From positions 20,398,001 through 20,436,132 of the forward strand of contig NC_134474.1 of NCBI RefSeq assembly GCF_964194025.1: a stretch of 38,132 bases of DNA, in the 5' to 3' direction. The stretch is from Convolutriloba macropyga (lineage: Eukaryota). The notes beneath the pieces are model-generated. The model was given only the letters and a program-made list of their open reading frames with translations, was not told the DNA's origin and made no database searches. Position 1 is the stretch's first letter; every line of letters starts with the position of its first letter. Of this stretch, positions 13,731 to 25,770 are shown piece by piece. A program made the translations under genes and the position numbers.

Positions 13731-15420
13731 TTTTGATCAAACATATTCACGAAAAAACTTCAAAGCGATTGGCAGACAATCTCAGTCAAAATCCTAACAC
13801 CCCTGCTCCTCATTCATCAATAGAAAAGACGCATTACATAAATAAATAAAAAAAACGTAATTTCAATTTTCTACTAAAAAAGACACATTCTGTACAATCA
13901 AAGCGACGCCAAAATGTAACATAGACAAATACGAACATTTGATGACGTCACAATGTAACCAATTGTAAACGCAACACAAGAATAATTTTTGCCAAATTTG
14001 TTGAACAATTCAGTCGCGCTCTGTTTGCTCCTCCATTGAATCCACTAACTCATTCACAAAGAAGATTTCTAAGTCAACAGAAATTTTTTTTGTACCACTC
14101 GTAATTGTCCTCAATAAAACAGCTCGAACAAAAAAACTGTTAAACGAAAACGAGCTCTGTATAAAAATTTGTTAACAATGGAAAATCTGCAAAACATTTG
14201 GTACCCAAATAGAGAGAACTAGTAATAAAAGTTGGGGGAGCGAACCCGTGAAAGACAATCCCGATGGCCCTATCATTCCCTATAGTACTCAAATAGTTAT
14301 GCCCAAGAACAGAGAAATTTTAAGTTAGTGTTGACAGAAATAATCTTTGCTGAGGCAACAGCTAATGATAAATAATTGCGCCTTATTTATGAGAAAAAAA
14401 TGGAATAGTCTTAAATCAAGTAAATGTTTCAAATTTGTCCAATTTTTCCTTCAGAAGCTAGTTATTGATTCCTTAACCCAGACCAACAATCCAGGCTAAG
14501 CGGGCATGCGTTGATTAGCAAATACAATCTGGTCCCCGATCATGTTCGGACTGCATAAAGAAAAGTCAAAATCCAAAAGCAATAATACCTTGATGAAGTA
14601 TAGGTGTTCTCTTTTAATGTTATGATGCAAATGGTGAAATACAAATAAATTTTGTGGGCCAATTTTCTTTCGAGAACACTAGAATAACTATTAATTCTTA
14701 GGAACAGTCAATAGGTTTAGAAGGTTCCGCTCATGCTCAAGTATTCGAAGACTGTCAAACTAGCTCTGCCATAGAATACTTAGACGATTATTGCAGATTT
14801 CACAAAATTGCAAAAACAAATTAGTGTGACAAAGCGCAGGCACGCAAATCGAGAGTACTTAAAATTTCGATGCAAAATCAAAAACATTAAGCTAGGACCG
14901 GCTCCAGCGGGAAATCAATACGCAACGGATATTGTTAAAAGTCGGATTCAAAATATAGAGAGAAAAATTTCCGTAATGTAATCAGACTCATAATGGCCAA
15001 CTGCGCAAGACAAGCTCCGGCGGTTCAGAGAACGCATCACTGCTCAGTGTTACGTGTACCTCTGGTAACGTCAAGATTCGAAGTAAAATCTTCGAATCTT
15101 GAAATTACGTTCGAGGAAAAATTTCTTCGTGTGGTCTTAAATAAGAAAAACAGCGCGTAAAACGTTAGCATTGAAAACTCCCAACTAACAAGGACCACAA
15201 GAAGCACAATCGATATCAATTCCGTGTGGGAAGACTACGAAAAATTCTCCACACACTATAACTTTTGATACACATAATCGGAAAAAAATTGTGAAACGAA
15301 AAAATAATATGGCTATTGTATTAGATGCAAAAACACAAGTACGTCTAATCAACATGGCAGCATGTAAAACAGTGGTATAATATAAGCAACGTAATAAAAA
15401 AAACGAGAAAATTCCGTCTA
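13631..15420 (+). mobile_element. Decayed Ty3/Gypsy LTR-retrotransposon pol fragment (RNase H C-terminus, integrase N-terminal region and catalytic core)
   Basis: 13631: TDHQALLTAIKN*GKQTYQNHLACWVDKLPPFTFLIKHIH...LADNLSQNP (RNase H TDH...RW...ADxLSR pattern). ~14449: LQKLVIDSLTQTNNPG*AGM..IW. ~14630-14980: NGEIQINFVG / FLGTVNRFRRF / HAQVFEDCQTSSAIEYLDDYCRFH..CDKAQA / CKIKNIKLGPAPAGNQYATDIVKSRIQNIERK (rve core with two of the D,D,E positions apparently mutated). Many stops and frameshifts. Confidence 0.85.
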
Positions 15421-16570
15421 TACATTTATAAGGAGAAACCAAAGGTAATGCTCTCCAACCCCTTTCAACATCAGCTCATCAACCCATTTGCATGCATGGA
15501 ACCCCTATGAAATTAGGCCATCGCGCTGAGAAAAACCAGAAAACGCCACACAAACGATCAACCACGAAGGCTACATAAAACAAACAAAAAACCCAACAAG
15601 AAAGATCGGTCAAAGAATTAGAAATTTCTTCTAATTAATTTTTTTCAAATCAATTGCTTTTCTAAAATACTAAATAGTTTTCAGAAACCAGAGTTTTTTA
15701 AAATAAAACTGACTGCACAGACATCAGCTCTGATTTTTACTATAATGACCGACAATATCTATTTCACTATTTAATAAAAACTGTTTCCCTAAAGACCGAA
15801 GTTTCGTAATCTTGAAAGCCAAACAACTTTTTAGTTGACTTTTCTGACACATTATTAGTTTGGATCAACGACAGTAGATCAACTGCATTTTCATTACAAA
15901 TGTAAACTCGAAGTTTTAAATAATACAGCAGTTTTTAAAACAATTGCCTTGAGTCCTCCACATCATGGTAATCAAAGCTATAAATCGCCGTAAGGAACAA
16001 TTTAAAGGCAAGGTTTTCATCTATCTTGCAATGCATGTAACGGAAAAAGAAAAAGGAAGCGTTCTTTGAAGTTTTTTGATTTTGCGATTTCTAGAGGAGT
16101 TGCAGAGCCTTTTTTCTGCCTAAAAACTGAAACATACAAAACTCCGAAACAAAACTCCGAAAAACCTTATCGTTCAACAATCAGAAATTTGTCTTTCATT
16201 GGCGCCTCTTAAATCTCCCGTAAAATAAAATAATGTTTTTTTAGATTACTAAATAGCTTTCAGCGTTATCATCATTATTTAATCAATGGAGCAATCGATG
16301 AGCTTTGTTATGGTACTAGAGTAACTTAAATTTTTTCAAAATTCACTGCATGTCAATTATGCTGAACGCTATAAAACCTCCCTATTTACTAATAAAAAAC
16401 CTTTTATCATTAAAAAAACGGTTTTACGCTAGAAGTTTTGTAAGAAAACCCGTTGACACATTGCTTATTGAGAGTGACGGTGGAACAAGATACAGCACAA
16501 ACTTTATAGAATTGCTATCAGTTGTTGGGGCTGAACAACATTAGCTACATGTAACAAATTGCCAACTTTA

Positions 16571-16680
16571 GGCTGCCACCAGGCTCTACTAATAGCACTC
16601 AAAAACAATAGGTGAAACAAAACGTACCAAAGCCACTTAACAAGTTGGGTAGACCGATTGGTTCCTTTTAATATTTTCTT
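16571..16680 (+). mobile_element. Second Gypsy RNase H remnant, carried by the duplication
   Basis: Translates as GCHQALLIALKNNR*NKTYQSHLTSWVDRLVPFNI. Confidence 0.8.
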
Positions 16681-17232
16681 AGTTCTGTTAGTGTACAGTT
16701 GCCTTATACTCACACTAAAACATGAAGTTTCATGGCAACGATTTGCGTAATTGGGTTGAGATGTTTCTTCTGCTCGAGTGAAAGTCGAAAGCGCAGTATT
16801 TCATGAGGCAGAACTCGATGACATTTATCTTAGCTCCAGCCAAAACGAAGAACGCAAACAAATTAGTATTGGCAGAAGGCGGTGTTCTTATGAGTGTAGG
16901 TCTTGACTAGGGCGTTGACGAGAACTGAACTAAAATTTTGTTTGCAGATTTTACAAGACGTGGACATCCTCCTTTTCCAGTTATGCATCTTACGGGGAAT
17001 CTCAGACTCACGTGGAAAACTTTTCACTGCACGTTCAAGCATCTTTTTTGCCATTGAGATGCTAAAACCAAGGGTAAGAAGTGTTCAATGTCAAGTTCAA
17101 AATAAATTAGCTTGTTTAATAGAAAACGAATGCCGATTAATTGAAATTTTTTCATTCAAAACTTGCATGATGAAGATTTACCTTTGGTCAAGCTATAGGA
17201 CTGTGAAGAGAGAGCAAAATATGGGCTTTTAA

Positions 17233-17659
17233 CCCTAGTAACGAGGGAATTCAAAACTTGCAAGAATCTTTCAAGATTTCAAATTCTTTTGGAAGACTAT
17301 GTTGTAACTTTTTCTCCGAATAAAATCGAAAGAAAAAAAATATTTGTGTTTGAAAAACGCCTGCGACTAACTTGTGTCATATCAGAAATTCTCGAAATTT
17401 TTTTGCGGGTGTTATACAAAAATTAAGTTTGACATAATTCTTCCCCTTGAGTAGCTTAAAGAAATTGACTCTAAGAATTGACTCTTAAAGAAATTGATCT
17501 GATTAATTGACTCTCTCATAAACTTATGTTTAAGTTGATCAAATCCATGCCGTTTTCAAAATTGGAACACTGATTTTGGAGAAAATAAAAAGCACCCTTC
17601 CAAAAGAATTCAAAATCTTGCAAGATTCTTGCAAATTTTGAATTCTTTAATAACTAGGG
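17233..17659. mobile_element. MITE, 427 bp, ~60-bp imperfect TIRs beginning CCCTAGT; possibly CMC/EnSpm-type
   Basis: The left end ccctagtaacgagggaattcaaaacttgcaagaatctttcaagatttcaaattcttttggaag matches the reverse complement of the right end (ccctagttattaaagaattcaaaatttgcaagaatcttgcaagattttgaattcttttggaag). Both flanks are aa. Confidence 0.85.
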
Positions 17660-18530
17660 AAACTACCAGTGTTGCTGCTTGCCTACATAATTACTCAAGT
17701 TAAAAACCGAGGCGAGCGATGGTTCTCTTTTTTAAAAAATCGCGAGGATGAGTTATAGTGATTTTGTGAAGACCAGAAAAAAATGTGGCTTTTCATCATA
17801 TTTCGGGGGCAAGAAAAGGAGTTGATCTGTGTTAGTACCTCATTTTGAAACAAATAAATAACAGCAGAAATGAGGATTTTGATATTCGAGCAAAATCTTT
17901 ATAACCATATTTTAACCTATTTAACATAGCAAATATTTTCCTTTTGTAATGTAGTGCCGCATATATTTTACTATGTCACTGCTACCCTTATTGGACCTTT
18001 TGCTGAATTGATCACGAGGAGCTCTGTGATCAGTTCATGAAAATTAAACCTGATATTGCATCTTTTATAATATTCCACCCAAAAACCTGCTCATTCTTTA
18101 TTCTCTATAGTTTGAAACTCGAAGGGCCAGAGCTGTCACCCATTTTGAGCCTTGCATTATGTTAGTTTTGACCTTAGTCAAATTTTGTTGTTTTCTTCCG
18201 AGGTATGTAAACTTATCGTTGTTTAAGAGTTTATAAAAAACTATTGTTTGTGCAAATAAACTTGTGCACATTCTAATTGACTTGATTTTTGTGTGGAAAA
18301 TTAAGATTTTCAAGAATTTGACAGTTGTTCGCAAGTCCTTAACATTTATGTCAGTTTTAACAAAGTTGACTTTTTCAGAAGAAAAAACATTAGAGTGTCT
18401 TTTTATCCACGTGACTTTCAAAAATCAGTGCAGCGCTTTTGTAATTCTGCTCGTTTTTTCGCTAGAGCTTGCTTAATCTGATTTGAAACTATAATTTATG
18501 AAACTAGAAACCTCGAAATTAAATTCAATG

Positions 18531-18905
18531 CCCGGGTTGACTTTTCCTGGCAACCATATCCAAGAGCCATATATTTTTCCATAGAGGCCTTGAAAGAAGT
18601 TCCTGCATGATCTTTCCATGGTTGCCAAGAAAACTTTGTATGGTGTTTCAATGGATGCCAAGAACTCCATGATGAGTTTTTCATGGTTGCCAAGAATACC
18701 ACGAACAAAACTCGTTTTTTGCCTCAAATGGTAAAAACTGCTTGAAAACGTATCTGATGACATTTCAGGAGGTAATTTTAAGAGCTTTTTGAGCAAGCAA
18801 TATTGATTTTTTTATTTGGTCAGCTATATGGTTGCCAAATTACCATAAAATCCATATGTGACATGCATATGGTTGCCGAGAAAGGTTTCTGGTGGTCGAC
18901 CCGAG
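18531..18905. mobile_element. MITE-like element with imperfect TIRs and internal atggttgccaag repeats
   Basis: The left end cccgggttgac...ctggcaaccatat matches the reverse complement of the right end ctcgggtcgac...ctcggcaaccatat. The internal motif atgg(t/a)tgcc recurs at about 18618, 18651, 18684, 18828 and 18869. Confidence 0.65.
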
Positions 18906-19936
18906 TAGCTTTGGAAATGGTTCCGTAGAAATTACAACAAAACTTGTTTACTTCCGATGTGCGAAAGCTTTCAAAAGTTCAGAAAAATACAAAAGCAACC
19001 CATGTATCTAAAGATTAGCACCACAGAGCCAATATCTGTATTCTCTTTAACATACTCACTGTTCAGTATTTAGAATTTCTACTCTGACAAGCGTTTTTTG
19101 ATCTTTTTGGCTACTCTCCACTTAATTTTGCAACCCCATTTATGCATTTTTAATAGCCGCTGTCAGCCTCTCAATGGCTATTATTCAGGCGTTCTCTTTT
19201 TTTGAATTAAAGAAACTTGAACTGTATTGGTGCGCTCTCCTTTTTTTAAGATCTTTTCACACATTTTAAAGATTTTTGAAGCCAAATAGGATTATTGATT
19301 TTCGTAGAGCAAAAAATCAAGTGCTTTTGAGGCGCGAATTTTTATTTTCACTCGAATTTTAACGCAGAGTGAGAAAATGGCGTTTGAACAAAAAGTCGCT
19401 TTCGCGATTGTTTTTTTAAAGCGGCAATTTTACTCCGATTTGTTTCCGTTGTTTCGAGTTTTTTAATTTGCTTTAAATTTTTACTACATTTTTCGTTGTA
19501 CATAAGTCACGATTTTCACATTTGACTCTTGACTTACCTCACTCACTGCTTCAATTGAATGTTTTTTAAATTCTTTCACGCATTAAATCCCGCAATGTAG
19601 CGAATACGGTCAAGGTCAAAAGAGCAAAATCAAAAGAAACTCGATAAACCCATAAAGCCCGGTCATTAAGTCATCGTGCATTAAGTTATAAAATTTAATT
19701 AGAATGATTGCTAGCTGACTTTAGTATTAAAGTTAAGCTTTCACTTCAGAAGATAAAATAAGTGTAGTTTTTGAATCTAACTGGAACTACACTCCAAATT
19801 AGAACACTTTTAAAAATTTGGAAAAATTGTATACAATTTTTATCTCTTCTTATTTTTTCAAGCACGTCAACGGCGGCTAATTTCCGGTTATCTGCGGGCT
19901 ATGTTTAAATATACTGTTTAAGTTAAGTAAGATATT

Positions 19937-19941
<5 letters not shown>

Positions 19942-19983
<42 letters not shown>
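19942..19983. repeat. (TA)n microsatellite
   Basis: Perfect run of about 21 TA units. Confidence 0.97.
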
Positions 19984-19987
<4 letters not shown>

Positions 19988-21754
19988 CTGCTACTGAAAA
20001 GTGCATTTTACGGCTTTTGTTGTCTTAAGAAAAGTCTGTTTAGAGATAAAGGCATCATGAACCGAACAAACTGATAAATCTCAAAAACATGTTGTGGTGG
20101 TGTTGTCATTTGAGTGGCGTTAGTAGTCTAATGAGTGCAAAGTGGGATGAATTTGACAGAAGACCGTTTAAGCTATCTCAAATGGGGAAGTCTGTAGTGG
20201 TTTTGATCACCGTGAGTTAAACTGTTCAGTTTTCGGTTCGTTATTTTCAATTTTTGACTCATTGATCGTATTTGAGCTCAGTCACAGTTCTGATATGTCT
20301 CAATCATTTCTAATGTTACTTTCAATTTAACATTATATGTTATATGTGATGTTAAACAGCAAATTTGGCAATAAAATTTGCTTTGGTTTTCTGAGTCTAT
20401 TTGGTAACTTTTTTGTCATTTGTTTGTCTTCTTGATTACAAGATCAACAGTGAATTGCTTACAGATATTATTTTGTGTTTTTTGTGTTTTACTGTTTTTT
20501 TAGGGATATTTACGTCAAAAAGTTTCAGCAAACTCGTTTTTTATTGCCAGCTTGTCCATCCGGCCTCCGTGTATCATTTAGTGGTCCATTGATTTTTCTT
20601 TAGCCGTGAATATTTGTTTGATTGATTGATTTGAATTCAGATGGCAGATGATACAAATAATTATCTGTATTGGGTGGCAGTAGGTTTTCGTTTTTGCATT
20701 AGGGCGGATTTGGGACAATTTTGCCTGAGTTTTCGTGTTATGGTCGAGATGTCAAAAAGAGATTTTTTTTGATGCCTACATTATCATTTATTTTCAACAA
20801 ACAACAGATTTCATCTCAAATTTTATGGTTTTTTTACTTTATATTTGTTTGTTTATCGAGGTTTGGCTCATAAAACCAAAATGCTTAAAAACAAGTTGTC
20901 ATTGGAACTTTGTGAAAACTTTCAATTCTATCAATGTGTTAATTATTTAGCTTTAAATAAATCATACGTCTTTCTGTTCTCTTGTATTTTTTAATGCTTT
21001 TGAGTTTTTAAAGAGATACTTTTCGTTTGCAGAAAAGTGTGTTTTGATCTGGTTTGCGAGTCGTAACATGTTTTTTTCAGTGTTTGTTTTGACTTTCGAA
21101 GTTCACGCAAAGAAGAAAATTAAAGTTGGTGTGAATTAACTTACAAGGTGCCAACTTTTTTGGATGCATGTTACGTACGTTTTGAGCAAAATTGAGAATC
21201 AAGTATCGAAAATCACATGAAAGAACACGTACTAGTGAGTATATGCTTTTACAGCACCTTATGGCGCGTTGTATCTAGCACCCCAGTGCAAACGCCCTCA
21301 TTTTAGGGCACTTAGTCATTCGGGTGCCTACAATTTCCGTTGTAATATGTACAGAGAAGCAAGCGATAGCAGAATTTTTTATGGAATTAATTGTTCATGT
21401 TTAGATGTCTGATTAGATTGTCATATGCTTGAAGCTGCAATTGTGTTGACGTTTATTGAACGCTCAAGCGCAAGATCTATCGACATGATAATGATCATAC
21501 CTAGTCTATATACATAAGAAATCCATCTTTGTGATAAAAACAGGACTCAAGAGAAGAATACATATGCCGATAGGGTGATACTCGGCACCCAATCAGCACA
21601 TGCATTCTTCCTCGGTTTTCGGAGCCTACCCGACTAATCATGTTGTTCTATTTTTAGATGAGACAGTAAGCTTGTTCATTTTACTTTTTCAATTTTTAGC
21701 AAAACATATAGAGTCATAACTCCCCCCACTTTTTTCAGCTGCCGTATTGTTCCC

Positions 21755-22260
21755 TTTTGAGTGCGCGTTTGTGTTTGTTGTGTGTGTGTGTGTGTGTAAG
21801 AGTGTATGCGTGCGTGAGTATGTGTGTTTGCTTGTGTTGCGTATGAGTGTGTGCGTGTGTGAGTATGTGTGTTTGCTAAAATAACTTCCTGTTTGTTAGA
21901 GCAAGCACATTAATTTGTCATAGCTCTTAATATCAACACGCTTTATCCTCACGTACAAAAAACAGTATTTTTGCCTCAACAATTTTACTCATTCTAAACA
22001 GTTAATTCTATTCCTAACTTATTCAACCTAAGTATTCGAAAAAGGCTGCGTGTTTTCTAAAAAAACTTATCAAAAAAGTTATCAAAAAAGTAGTTACAAA
22101 AAATGTGTACCCCCCCCCCCCCTCCATCAACCCTACCCACCCGCCCACACACACACCCACACACCAACCCACACACACACACACCTAAACACACACACAA
22201 ACACACACACACACACACACAAGCGCGCACACACACATTCACGTGTTTATACGCAACAAC
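21755..22260. repeat. Inverted pair of simple-sequence tracts: (TG)-rich 21755-21877 and poly-C plus (CA)-rich 22109-22240
   Basis: gtgcgcgtttgtg (21761) pairs with cacaagcgcgcac (22218). gttgcgtat (~21836) pairs with atacgcaac (~22249). Confidence 0.75.
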
Positions 22261-22306
22261 TGACTGATACATGCACACTGTCAGCTTATCTTATATTTGC
22301 AGAAAA

Positions 22307-22780
22307 ATTTACATTTTGTAAAATAATTTTTACAGAATGTAAAAAATTTGTTTTTACAAATTGTAAAATTTTTTTACAAATTGTAAAAACTGCTTTTCTT
22401 CAATAGTATTTCAAATTCTAAAAACAATCAGTTTATCTTACAAAATGTAAAATTTTTACAAATTGTACAAAGATTTTACAAATTGTAAAAATTTTTTTTT
22501 ACAAATTGTAAAAATTTTTTACAAATTGTAAAAAATTATACTTCTCAAAAATTATTTTAAATTCTGAAAACAAACAGTAAATTTTACAAGTTTTTTTACA
22601 AATTGTAAAACTTTCATCGTTCCAAGGAATCTTTCAAAAACTAAAAAATGCGTAATTTTTACAATTTGTAAAAGAAATTTTACAAAATGTAAAAAACTCT
22701 TACTCTTTTTATCGTGATACCTGTCTGCCGGATCAACTCATTTTTACAAAATGTAAAAATTTTTTACAAATTGTAAAAAA
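22307..22780. repeat. Array 1 of the 17-bp near-palindrome TTTTACAAATTGTAAAA (~14-15 copies)
   Basis: Copies at about 22307, 22328, 22352, 22372, 22437, 22454, 22474, 22497, 22517, 22594, 22657, 22678, 22742 and 22762. Confidence 0.95.
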
Positions 22781-23174
22781 CTTGATTCACTATGAGAACA
22801 ACCTTTTTGTTTATTCGTTTTGTGTTTTCAAGTTTTAATTTGAGTTAGCGAAGAAAACTGATTGGTTAATTTTTTCTCTACTTTTCATTCATTCTTTGCT
22901 CGTTTTTCGTTTTTGATAAATTTTCCGATAGGACTCAATGCTTTAATTCTTTGTTTTTGTGGATCATTTTTCCAGATTTTTTCTGATTGGTTGGCGTATC
23001 GACTAACAAGTTGAGTTTAGCTTTGCCTCGCTCCAAGTAAATCATTTTTGCTCACACTGTTGCTAACCGTCATTTGGTTGCTCCTTCTCAACTAAATTTT
23101 TTGCTTTTGTCCTAGCGTTGTTGTTTATTCGAACAAGCTTTACTTATTTTTGTCTTGCTGCTCTAATTTTTTAG

Positions 23175-23612
23175 TTTTTACAAATTGTAAAAAATTCAGC
23201 TTCTACATTTTACAAATTGTAAAAATTTCAGCTTCTACATTTTACAAATTGTAAAAAATTCAGCTTCTACATTTTACAAATTGTAAAAAGTTCAGCTTCT
23301 GCTTTTTACAAATTGTAGAATTTCAACTACGTTTCTCCTACAAATTGTCAAACTTTTAGGCATCTCATTTTACAATTTGTAAAAACTCAACTTCTACTTT
23401 TTACAAATTGTAAAAAACTCAGCTTCTATTTTGTTTACAAATTGTAAAAAACTCAGCTTCTACTTTTTTTTATAAATTGTAAAATTTCAACTACGTTCCT
23501 CGTTCGGAATATTTGTAAGTTCTCTATATTGCTCCTGTTTACAGATTTCAAAAAAAAGGATTATTTCTAACAAGCGAGGGATGTCTTGATCCAATTTTAC
23601 AATTTGTAAAAT
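23175..23612. repeat. Array 2 of the same palindrome within a ~32-bp tandem unit (ttttacaaattgtaaaaaattcagcttctaca), ~11 copies
   Basis: Copies at about 23176, 23208, 23240, 23272, 23304, 23337, 23368, 23399, 23433, 23468 and 23595. Confidence 0.95.
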
Positions 23613-23954
23613 TCGGTCTTTCGCTGTTTTTGTTTTTAATCAGCAAAAAAAATAAATTAAAGTGATTTCTCATTTTTACTTAGAGCTCTTGTTTGCGTTT
23701 TTGAAAAAAACAGCCCTTCCACTTCATTTCAGATTAGCTTGCACTACTACATTTTGTTTCTCATTGGAAGAAAACAAAAAGTGGAGGAGTGTCATCCAAC
23801 TTATATCCAAAAACATCTTGGTCTTCATTCCGACAACATTGTTAGTAAGTAAAAATTTTGATTAAAACACAGTTTGAGCCATGAGCGGTTTTTTTATTTT
23901 TTTTAAAAGAGGAAGTGCTTGCCAACTTTAGGCAGTAGTGATTGCAACGTTTTG

Positions 23955-24823
23955 ATGACAAAATTAGAAAACAGTTTCTTTACGATCGATTTATCATCCA
24001 ATGCGTCGCTTGATTGCTATCCCGACAATACACTTGCATCCTTCCTTACATCACTCAGCGCACCTCAAGAACTTGACGATAATCAGTGCACCGTTTCCCT
24101 CTCTAGCATAACTTGCCCAAAAAAGTTCTCCAATATCGTTGAAGGTAAATTTGACTATATCAATGGAAAACTTGGCATCTACTTATCAAATTGTCGTGTT
24201 CCTAAAGGTTTGTACAATAGCGTGTTCGAATTGATTGATGGCATGGAAAAAGGAATCTATGCATCTAGAAGACAAGAATCTATTTTCGATAAAAGTAAAA
24301 AAGATTTTCAGTTTTCCCGAGAAAAGAACTTACGTCCAAAGGTGTGGTTGTTCTATGCGAAGGAAAGGATTGTGTTCATCTGACAAATGTTTCAGATGAT
24401 CTCAGATACATATTAGGATTGGAGAAATTTCTGTTGGAGACGCATAATAAACTTTCCTCTGGAAACAACCAGTTTGGAGATAAGCCAATTTTTCCAACGG
24501 ATATCAATTTGTATCATCTTGCTTTTGTTTATTGTGACATTATTGAGCCACAGTGTGTTGGCAATACCAAGGCACCCTTATTAAGATCTTTCCCCCTATC
24601 TGACGCAACTCAAATTGGTCCTGAAAAGGTGGAGTCCTCCATCGCAGGCCGTTTCGGATATCCAGCTGTATATCGTCACTCTTTTGACAAAACTCAATCT
24701 AAGCTTGTCAATAAAAAATATATTCACGATATTTTGATTGAAATTCGAAGTGATACTGGGAAACTGATACCTTTCACGGGAGTTGGTCGTACCTACGCAA
24801 CACTTTTCTTTGAAAAAAAATAG
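23955..24823 (+). pseudogene. Polinton/adintovirus minor capsid protein (penton), one frameshift near 24330-24345
   Basis: The N-terminal FFTIDLSSNASLDCYPDNTLASFLTSLSAPQEL...VSLSSITCP and C-terminal FVYCDIIEPQCVGNTKAPLLRSF...IHDILIEIRSDTGKLIPF...ATLFF match the patterns typical of Maverick minor capsid proteins. ORFs 23919-24383 and 24344-24823 overlap in different frames. Confidence 0.8.
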
Positions 24824-24854
24824 TTCATAGTTTCATTGCTTCCAATAATTTAGA

Positions 24855-25528
24855 ATGGGGCAGTGGATCAGAAAACGAAAAGAACAAAGTGACCTCGAGC
24901 GACAAAATGCACAGCCTCTCACCGGAGTAACGCCTGAAGAAGATCTTGAGGTATCAAAACTGGATAACGTGTGGGACCTGGATCCAAAAAACAACCGAAT
25001 TGTCAGAGTCGGGCTCAGAAAATCTGAAACGAGCGTATACGCCTACATTAAGGTCTTCAAACTAACAACTACGGTTGATTCAAAAATCAATACAATATCT
25101 GATAAATGGACCAGACAATCGAGTTTATCGCTCACAATGGACGAATTGATCAACGTCACAAAAATTATTGGTCGTGAATCCAGTGAAACCTTGACCGAGA
25201 CAGATTTGCAGATTTGGCACTGCGGGAGTCTTTTGAGTTGGCAATGACTTCATCCCTTGAAGCGATAAGATGCAATAGCGCTCCTGTTGAAGAGAAGAAA
25301 ATGAAGACGGAAGTTGTGGAAGTTGAACACAAATTAAATGGCGAAACGATTGGCGACGAAGGTGAAGTTTACACCCAGTCTCAAATTGGGGACGACTTTC
25401 CCGAGGACTTTGCTATCCCTGTTACAGAGGATGTATCATTTAGAAATGAACAAGATGCAGATATTTGGCGATCCCCAATCAAATTCAAAGCTAGTCAAAA
25501 AGTGAAAAGAGCAATTCTTCCAATATGA
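24855..25528 (+). pseudogene. PC4/Sub1-like ssDNA-binding domain protein with an acidic C-terminus, frameshifted by an 8-bp duplication
   Basis: WDLDPKNNRIVRVGLRKSETSVYAYIKVFK...SSLSLTMDELINV resembles the PC4 beta-sheet plus SLT.(E/D).. helix. Removing one copy of cagatttg (25201-25216) fuses the two track ORFs into a 221-aa frame (ETDLALRESFELAM). Confidence 0.55.
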
Positions 25529-25770
25529 AAAAATTTTAAATCGTCTGAATGATATCACACAGCTTTGGTTCAACTGATTGATTGGCTACCAGATTATTAT
25601 TCTCCTCTCCTCGATCAACCTATATACAATACTTTTGTATTCTCTTGCTACTATTTTTTAAATAAAAAATTTTTTTGCAGCTTTTACTCGTTATCTCATT
25701 CCAGCCATTGTTGGGCCTTTTTTCAAACCTTGAACAAACTTATAGTGCTGTGTTTTTCAGAAAAGTATCA

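Noticed and set aside
16700-17075. Higher-complexity segment with minus-strand ORF 16863-17054 containing CxxC
   Set aside because: It may be a gene or transposon fragment, but no family is recognisable and no consistent exon structure could be established.
17229-17663. piggyBac assignment of the 17233-17659 MITE
   Set aside because: TTAA is present on the left flank only; the right flank is aaac.
19325-19390. E2F-like (ggcgcgaa) and YY1-like (aaaatggcg) words, with a possible exon at 20044-20211
   Set aside because: These are short motifs, and the candidate exon frames I translated contain multiple stops, so no gene can be supported.
128-20950. The many 60-110 aa track ORFs in the left half
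   Set aside because: They are short, often start at non-ATG codons, lie within repeats or MITEs and show no recognisable motifs, as expected by chance.
22050-22406. ORFs 22050-22406 (+) and 22057-22278 (-)
   Set aside because: They are translations of the CA/TG microsatellite (THTH, VCVC) and the palindrome array.
22307-23612. CRISPR array interpretation of the palindromic repeats
   Set aside because: The repeats are only 17 bp, the spacers are either 3-60 nt and irregular or near-identical to each other, no cas genes are present and the context is eukaryotic.
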